This document shows, piece after piece, positions 57,738 through 64,000 of a DNA stretch of 64,000 nucleotides. Below the pieces are notes generated by a model, which saw only the letters and a program-made list of their open reading frames with translations, did not search any database and was not told the origin of the DNA. Source of the stretch: Vulcanimicrobiota bacterium. Lineage in GTDB: Bacteria; Vulcanimicrobiota; Vulcanimicrobiia; Vulcanimicrobiales; Vulcanimicrobiaceae. The translations under genes and the position numbers were made by a program. The stretch spans positions 174,999-238,998 of the forward strand of contig CAVZSY010000005.1 in NCBI GenBank assembly GCA_963778045.1, read 5' to 3'. Every line of letters begins with the position of its first letter. The stretch's first letter is position 1.

Positions 57738-59467
57738 TGGTTGAAGTCGATGGCCGTCATCGGCTGCGCGACGGCAAAACCCTGCATATACTTTACGCCC
57801 GCCGCGCGAATCGCGGAGCGGTCGTCGCTGGTCGCGACGCGCATCGCGATCACGTCCCAACCGTAGACGCGCGAGAGCGCGACCATCGCTTCCATGCTCT
57901 TGCCGCGCGCACCGCCCGACGGCAACATCGACTTCGAAGGCTTGATGAAACGCACGGCAAGCGACTCGAGCAGCGGCAATTCCAACGGCGTCTCACCGAA
58001 ATTGTCTAGACCGACGTAGAGACCGCAGCGCTCGGCCGCTTCGGCGAACGATGCATACGTCTCGGCGTCCTGCGCAAAGCGCGACCAGTCCAGTTCGAGC
58101 GCGAGCATCGACGCATCGCAGCCGCTGGTATCGACGGCGCGCAACACGCTCGAGAGAATCTCCTCGTTGGCCTGCCCGATGTTGACGTGGATGCGTGAAA
58201 CGCCCTGCGCGCGCCATTCGGCGGCGTAGGCCAGCGCTCGGCGCGTCACCCATGCATCCAAATGTTCGAGCGATCGGCGCGCGCGCGCCGCCTCCATCGT
58301 CATGTACGCGGACTGGACGCCGTCCTGCGGGTGCAACGAGCGCAGCAGCGCCTCCGCACCGACGACCGTACCGCTCTCAACTTCGAAAATCGGCTGGAAG
58401 CACAGCAAAAACTCGCGCGCGTACGCGTCCTCGACTTCGATCGCGGGGATCGCAAAATCGGTGTTCGCATCGCCCGGCGCATACACACAGAACGACTCGC
58501 GCTGGCGCTTGGCCTGGTACATCGCGAGATCCGCGTGGTGCAGCCATTCGTCGACGGTATTCGCGTGCTCGGGATAATACGCGATCCCAACGCTGAGCGA
58601 AACCGAACCCGCACCGTGCACGATGGCGAGGTCCCGCACGCCGTCGGCCAGCCGGCGCGCCGCCGATGTCGCTTCGTCACCGCTGCGGACGACGGGAAGA
58701 ATCACCGCGAACTCATCGCCGCCGATGCGCCCGACGAACTCGTTGGCTCGAAGTGCATCGCGCAGCGTCGTGGCGATCGTCTTGAGCACGGCGTCGCCGT
58801 GACCGTGGCCGAACGAGTCGTTGACGCCTTTGAATCCATTGAGGTCGATGAACAGAAGCGCTGCATACGCGCCGTTACGTTTTGCTGCAAGCATCGTTTC
58901 GCTCAAGCGATTCATCGTCGCCCAACGGTCGGGCAGCCCCGTAACGTGATCCACCTGCGAGCGCGCATAGGTGCCGGCGTACCGCTGGCGCAACAGTTGT
59001 GCGAAAACATCGACGAGCGTGCCGCTCTCGCTCTCGAAAATCAAGCGATCCAAGCGGCTAGTGCGTTCGCCCAGGAACAAGACCCAATTGCGATCGGCCG
59101 CGTGGACGCTCGCGCACAGCGCGTCGGCGACACCCATTGCTTCGCGCATCGCCATCGAACCGTGCTCGCGCGGCGGTTGGTCCTCCGGTATTGTTACGCG
59201 TTCGCCGAGCAGCGACGGATCGGTGCTGTAGACGCACTGCACGTCCTCGGCCTGCACTTCAAAAATCGCGGCGACGTCCGCGCTCGTGACGCGCGCGGCC
59301 TCTTCGAGCGCTTCGGCAATCACCTGCGGAAGTTCGGTATCCAGACGTTTGAGGAACGAGCGCATCAACGCCAGACGCTCGGCAGGGCGCGCGGGTGTTG
59401 CAGGCGTGGGAGTCGAGGATCCACCGCCCAAAAGCGACTGCACGAGCCCAAAGATGTCGTCAAACAT
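57698..59467 (-). CDS. GGDEF-EAL protein with N-terminal GAF-like sensor region
   Basis: ORF 57698..59467. DHVTGLPDR, RIGGDEFAV (GGDEF), then QPIFEV..GAEALLR and later EAL-domain blocks. Confidence 0.8.
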   Translation of the reverse strand: MFDDIFGLVQSLLGGGSSTPTPATPARPAERLALMRSFLKRLDTELPQVIAEALEEAARVTSADVAAIFEVQAEDVQCVYSTDPSLLGERVTIPEDQPPREHGSMAMREAMGVADALCASVHAADRNWVLFLGERTSRLDRLIFESESGTLVDVFAQLLRQRYAGTYARSQVDHVTGLPDRWATMNRLSETMLAAKRNGAYAALLFIDLNGFKGVNDSFGHGHGDAVLKTIATTLRDALRANEFVGRIGGDEFAVILPVVRSGDEATSAARRLADGVRDLAIVHGAGSVSLSVGIAYYPEHANTVDEWLHHADLAMYQAKRQRESFCVYAPGDANTDFAIPAIEVEDAYAREFLLCFQPIFEVESGTVVGAEALLRSLHPQDGVQSAYMTMEAARARRSLEHLDAWVTRRALAYAAEWRAQGVSRIHVNIGQANEEILSSVLRAVDTSGCDASMLALELDWSRFAQDAETYASFAEAAERCGLYVGLDNFGETPLELPLLESLAVRFIKPSKSMLPSGGARGKSMEAMVALSRVYGWDVIAMRVATSDDRSAIRAAGVKYMQGFAVAQPMTAIDFNQWIESSPRIALVS

Positions 59468-59511
59468 CGGGCGGCCTCTTTTCGCGCTCTGCCCTAAACT
59501 TCATGTAGCCA

Positions 59512-61485
59512 CTACGTCAACCAGACGCCCTCCGAACCGTACGTAGTCATAAAGTCCCATGCGGCGACCGGGTGGCCGAAATGGAACCCTTGCAGCTCCC
59601 GGCAGCCGATCGTACGGAGAAAATCAGCCTGCCCGACCGTTTCTACCCCTTCACCGATGACATTCATGTGTAAAGAATCTGCAAGGGCCGCGACCGAGCA
59701 GCAAATCGCGCGGCTGTATCGGTCAATTTCGGCATCCTTAACGAATGCGCGGTCGATTTTCAAACAGCTCACGGGATAGGACTTGAGGTACGAGAGCGTG
59801 TTGTAGCCGGTCCCGAAATCGTCGATCGCAATCGAGACGCCGCGGTCGCGAAGCTGCTCCAGCGTCGAAACGGCGCTGGGGATATCCTCGATCAGCAGTT
59901 GCTCGGTCACTTCCAATTGGAGGTTCGCGGGAAGCCAACCGGACTGGGTTAGCGCCGACGAGACGTGGCCCACCAGCTTGGACGACTGCACATGACGCGG
60001 TGAAACGTTGACGTTGAGACGCACGTCGCGGCCCAGTGAGTCGCGAATCAACATCGCATCGTGACAGGCGCGATCGATGGCCCAGCGCCCGATTTCCACG
60101 ACGGCATCGCTCTCTTCGGCAATAGCCAGAAACACGTCGGGTGTGAGTAAGCCCAGCTCCGGATGCTGCCAGCGCAGCAACGCCTCGGTGGCGATGACGG
60201 CATCGCTCCCCGCGTCGATCAGCGGTTGATAGAACATTGCGAACTCGCTGCGTTCGATCGCCGACGGAAGATCGCGCTGCAAACGGCTGCGCACGCTCAT
60301 CTTGCGTTCGAGCGCAGGCCCGTAGCGCACGAGGCCGCCGCGCGCAGCGCTCTTGGCCGCGTGCAGCGCCATCCCGGCGTTTTGCAGCAGTTGCTCGCCC
60401 GTACCGTCCTTGGGATGCAGCGCGAGGCCCATCGTCGCGCGCAACACAAATTCGGCGTGTCCCGCCTCAAACGGTGCGTCGAGCACGTCGCGCAGTTGGT
60501 CGACGCGTTCGTCGACCACCTCACGGTCCTTGGGATCCACCAGAAGACATGCGAATTCGTCGGAACCCAAACGCGCGACGTAGTGTCCGTCGGCTTCGAG
60601 AAAGCGCGTCCGATCGGCGATCGCGCGAAGCAACTGATCGCCGACCGCATGCCCGGCGATCTCGTTGATCTGTGCGAATCGATCGACGTCAAATAGGACG
60701 AGCGCTCCGCTGCGTTCGCCGCTGGAATAATGATCGAGCACTTCGAGCAGTTGGTGGCGGTTGAGCAGCCCGGTAAGCGGATCGTGGGTGCTCAGGAACA
60801 GCACCGCGTTCTGCGCCTGCATGTGGTCGGTGAAATCGAACACGCTTCCGACACTGCGTTCGGGTTTGCCGCTTGGGCCCGTGAAAATCGAGCCGAACGT
60901 GCGAATGTAGCGCACCTCGCCGCCCGGCCGCAGGATGCGGCACTGCAGTGCGATCGAGGGGCCCGTCTCGATCGCGTGACGGCGCAAGGTATCGAATGCG
61001 TCGCGGTCTTCAGGATGCACGCGCTGCAGCAGATCGGCATACGCGATTTGCGTGGTCTCTGCGGGCAGACCCCAGATTTGAACGAACGGCTCCGAGACGG
61101 TCACCATGTCGGTTGGAAGATCGACGACGTAATACGCAAAGCTCGTCACGCCTTGCGCGTGGCGCAGCGCTTCGCGTATTTCGGTAAGCTCTTGCTCGGT
61201 GCGGGAAAATGCGTCGGCATCCAGACCGGCTGCAACGGCAGCCGAAATCGCGCCGTCCGCGCCGGTCAGTGGAAAGACCTGACCGTCGAACGCGGCCCCG
61301 CCGATACTTGCGCGCAGCTCCGTATGCCGCCCGCGCAACGCCGACCGCATAGCGCGAAGCAGCGCGCCCGACGGCACGCTACCCTCCTGGAGATTCATGG
61401 AGTCGGGGCCATAAGCCGTCACGACACGCAAGGCTGAATCGGCCACCACGACGATGGTGGGAATTGACCGGTGCTCTGGCGTCAC
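59512..61485 (-). CDS. PAS-GGDEF-EAL protein (GGDEF site degenerate: GSDEF)
   Basis: ORF 59512..61533. Start preferred at GTG 61485, 7 nt after AGGGAGAG. HDPLTGLLNR, RLGSDEFACLL, YQPLIDA..TEALLRW, LEVTEQ, IAIDDFGTGY. Confidence 0.8.
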   Translation of the reverse strand: MTPEHRSIPTIVVVADSALRVVTAYGPDSMNLQEGSVPSGALLRAMRSALRGRHTELRASIGGAAFDGQVFPLTGADGAISAAVAAGLDADAFSRTEQELTEIREALRHAQGVTSFAYYVVDLPTDMVTVSEPFVQIWGLPAETTQIAYADLLQRVHPEDRDAFDTLRRHAIETGPSIALQCRILRPGGEVRYIRTFGSIFTGPSGKPERSVGSVFDFTDHMQAQNAVLFLSTHDPLTGLLNRHQLLEVLDHYSSGERSGALVLFDVDRFAQINEIAGHAVGDQLLRAIADRTRFLEADGHYVARLGSDEFACLLVDPKDREVVDERVDQLRDVLDAPFEAGHAEFVLRATMGLALHPKDGTGEQLLQNAGMALHAAKSAARGGLVRYGPALERKMSVRSRLQRDLPSAIERSEFAMFYQPLIDAGSDAVIATEALLRWQHPELGLLTPDVFLAIAEESDAVVEIGRWAIDRACHDAMLIRDSLGRDVRLNVNVSPRHVQSSKLVGHVSSALTQSGWLPANLQLEVTEQLLIEDIPSAVSTLEQLRDRGVSIAIDDFGTGYNTLSYLKSYPVSCLKIDRAFVKDAEIDRYSRAICCSVAALADSLHMNVIGEGVETVGQADFLRTIGCRELQGFHFGHPVAAWDFMTTYGSEGVWLT

Positions 61486-61605
61486 GCCCGAGCTCTCCCT
61501 TCGCCACAAGCAAGCGGCAGGACGACGCTCCACAGCCGAGAGAGCGCATCCTCTGCCGCCGCCTTTACCGTCTCCTTACCCAAAGCCCTGCCGAAAGGCT
61601 TGGTG

Positions 61606-63323
61606 CTAGTACCCCATGACGGCGCCGGCCGGATGACGCCGGTCCGTACCGCCGTCCAGCATGCCGGTCACCGGATCGACGACGATCGCCTGCGCCGAGC
61701 CCCAGAACGGGACTTGCGAAAAGACGTAACCGCGCGAGCGCAGCGTCTGCATGACCGCCGGCCGTAGCGCGCCGGGCTCGTATTGGATCTCGTCGGGGAG
61801 CCATTGCATATGGATCCGCGGCGCGTCGACCGACTGCTGCGCGGTCATTCCGAAGTCAAACGTGTTGAGTAGCGTTTCGAGCACGATCGTGATGATGCGC
61901 GAGCCACCGGGGCTGCCGGTGACCATCGCAAGCTTTCCGTCGCGCAGCACGATCGTCGGCGTCATCGACGAGAGCGGCCGTTTGCCGGGCGCGATGTCGT
62001 TGCGCACGCCCTGCACCAGGCCGAACATGTTGGGCACGCCGGGTTTGGACGTGAAATCGTCCATCTCGTCGTTGAGGAAGAATCCGGTATTCCCCGCAAT
62101 GACGCCGGCCCCGAACCAGTCGTTGATCGTGTACGTGACCGCAACCGCGTTACCCCAGCGATCGACGATCGAGAAGTGCGTCGTGTCGTCGTTTTCGTGC
62201 ACGTCGACGTGTAAGCCGGGTTTGACCTGCGAGGACGGCGTGGCGCGCTTGGGATCGATCCCCGCACGCAGATGCGCTGCGTATGACGGCGCGAGCAATT
62301 GCGCGATCGGATTTCGTATGAAGGCCGGGTCGCCCAGATACGTGTTGCGGTCGGCGTAGGCGCGGCGTTCGGCTTCAACTGAGATAATGCGTCTCGCGAA
62401 CGCTATGCCAGCCCCATTGCGCGAACGGATATGGCGCGACGATGTTGAGAATTTCGCACAGCGTCACGCCGCCCGAACTGGGCGGCGGCGCGGAGATAAT
62501 GGTCAGCCCGTGATAGCTGCACTGCAGCGGCTGCGTCACGTCAACGGTGTAGTCGGCGAAATCGCGCATCGTCAGCAAGCCGCCGTTGCGTTGGCTTGCG
62601 GCGACGATCGCTCGCGCGATCGGACCGCGATAGAATGCCGCATACGCCGTCTTTGGCGATCAGCGCGAGCGTGCGCGCGAGATCGCTCTGTACGATCCGT
62701 TGGCCGGCGCGCGGGAGGTTGCCGTCGTGCATCCAGATCGCTCGCACGTTGGCCTGCTTGGAAAAGCTATACGCGCCGCTATAGCCTTCGCTCGCGGCGC
62801 CGTTGAACGGGATCAAATCGCCCGGACGCAGCACGTAGCCGTCGCGTGCGAGTGCGATAGCCGGCGCCATCAAACGTTCGCGCGACATCGTTCCAAACTG
62901 CGAACGCGCGCGCTCGAGTCCCATCACCGTTCCCGGAACGCCGATCGCAAGCCAGCCCTTGCGCGAGCGGCTCGGAACGACGTTGCCGTGCGCGTCGAGA
63001 TACATCGTGCGCGTCGCACGATACGGCGCCTTCTCGCGGAAATCGATGAAGCGATCGCGACCGTCGTGCATCCGGATCGTCATGAATCCGCCGCCGCCGA
63101 TGTTGCCGCAGCACGGATCGACGACGGCCAGCGCGTAGCCGACCGCGACCGCGGCATCGACCGCGTTGCCGCCGTCTCGCAGGACGCTCAAGCCGGCTTG
63201 CGATGCCAGATGCTGCTCGGTCACGACCATCGCATGCGCCGCGGTTTCCGGCGGCGCGGCCGGGACGGCGGCGGGGGCGAGCACGGCGAGCATCAGCGCG
63301 CCGGCAATCAATCCACGCTTCAT
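61606..63323 (-). pseudogene. ggt: Gamma-glutamyltranspeptidase, two +1 frameshifts as sequenced
   Basis: ATG 63323 with signal peptide. ORF 62541..63410 (..VVDPCCGNIGGGGFM..), ORF 62375..62578 (LTMRDFADYTV..PPPSSGG) and ORF 61606..62298 (..DTTHFSIVD.., PLSSMTPTIV, GSPGGSRII). Junctions ~62645 and ~62380. 1718 nt = 3n+2. Confidence 0.75.
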
Positions 63324-63452
63324 GCTGTGAAAAGCTCGGCGTCCGGGTGGGATTTCCTGGGGCGCCCCTCGGCACGCAGGCCGGACCACGCCGTTTCCCG
63401 AACCTGGCACGGTTCATTTTAAAGAGCAAATAGCAAAAAACTAGGAGATATT

Positions 63453-64000
63453 GTGCCCGAATCCGTGACCTTAGAGGTCGGCGGGCGCACGATGATCATT
63501 GAGACCGGCGAACTCGCGAAGCAAGCCAATGGCTCCGCGCTGATTCGTTACGGTGACCAAAACGTCGTGCTCTGCGCCGTCACTGCCTCCGCCAAACCGC
63601 GCGAAGGCATCGACTTTTTCCCCCTAACCTGCGATTTCGAAGAGAAGATGTACGCTGCCGGTAAGGTACCGGGCGGTTACATCAAGCGCGAAGGACGCCC
63701 GCCCGAGCACGCCGTGCTCAGCTCGCGTCAGATCGATCGTCCGATCCGTCCGCTCTTCCCCGACGGCTTCCGCAACGACGTGCAAATCGTCGCGACCGTG
63801 CTCTCGATCGATCCCGAACTCGACGCCGACGTCATCGGTGTCTGCGCCGCCGGCGCCGCGCTCGCGTTCTCGGACATTCCGTTCGAGAAGCCCGTTGCCG
63901 CCGTGCGCGTCGGACGCGACGAAAAAGGCAAGTACATCTGCAATCCCACGCTGCCCGAGTATGAAACCGGCGGTATGGACATCGTGATCGCCGGCACCGA
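63453..64000 (+). CDS. pnp: Polynucleotide phosphorylase, N-terminal part (continues beyond the window)
   Basis: Own translation from GTG 63453 (after TAGGAGA): [92 protein letters not shown]. Not in the ORF track because there is no stop. Confidence 0.9.
   Translation, partial: MPESVTLEVGGRTMIIETGELAKQANGSALIRYGDQNVVLCAVTASAKPREGIDFFPLTCDFEEKMYAAGKVPGGYIKREGRPPEHAVLSSRQIDRPIRPLFPDGFRNDVQIVATVLSIDPELDADVIGVCAAGAALAFSDIPFEKPVAAVRVGRDEKGKYICNPTLPEYETGGMDIVIAGT

Noticed and set aside
63405-63420. TGGCAC upstream of pnp, considered as a sigma-54 -24 element.
   Set aside because: The -12 position (10 nt downstream of GG) reads AT, not GC; TGGCACGGTTCATTT does not fit TGGCAC-N5-TTGC.
1-64000. Looked for CRISPR arrays, rRNA, tRNA, tmRNA, IS elements/transposases and integrases.
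   Set aside because: I found no regularly spaced direct repeats, no rRNA or tRNA signatures, and no DDE or tyrosine-recombinase-like ORFs in any frame. A by-eye scan cannot exclude small or degenerate elements.

Overview
High-G+C (about 70% by eye) bacterial chromosome segment, densely coding; the phylum cannot be determined from the sequence alone. Order of content: (1) a partial ArnT-like glycosyltransferase, then a heme/siroheme cluster (sirC-like, hemC with a mini-HemD tail, hemB, mobA, hemL, rex, hemA, cobA-hemD). (2) Housekeeping genes: DUF92, glutaredoxin-like, TonB-like, EEP, arginase, DUF5069, a BMP-type ABC importer, a class-A beta-lactamase-like hydrolase, ilvE, chrA, and a beta-propeller-phosphoesterase fusion. 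(3) An oxalate/formate-type MFS gene, a soluble chemoreceptor-like protein with two MA signalling domains, and a selenocysteine-containing formate dehydrogenase operon (alpha with in-frame UGA plus SECIS, beta, NrfD-like subunit, fdhD). (4) A hybrid histidine kinase, PolX, a degenerate ABC-NBD/TM fusion, and a minus-strand redox operon (FMN reductase, SDR, Rieske, XRE, DJ-1). (5) rpsO, then about 20 kb before its usual neighbour pnp. This gap holds a roughly 9.5 kb low-G+C island (membrane-anchored Mrr-like nuclease, and a decayed TonB-receptor/MFS/S9-peptidase/LuxR locus), then PAS-GAF-PP2C, split transketolase, HNH, two GGDEF-EAL proteins and ggt. No rRNA, tRNA, CRISPR array or recognisable transposase was seen. 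At least ten genes carry frameshifts, mostly +1 single-base insertions, and these are clustered while neighbouring genes of several kb are intact. Whether they reflect gene decay or assembly error cannot be decided here. Start codons, G+C values and frameshift positions are by-eye estimates, and domain calls come from remembered family motifs, not searches.
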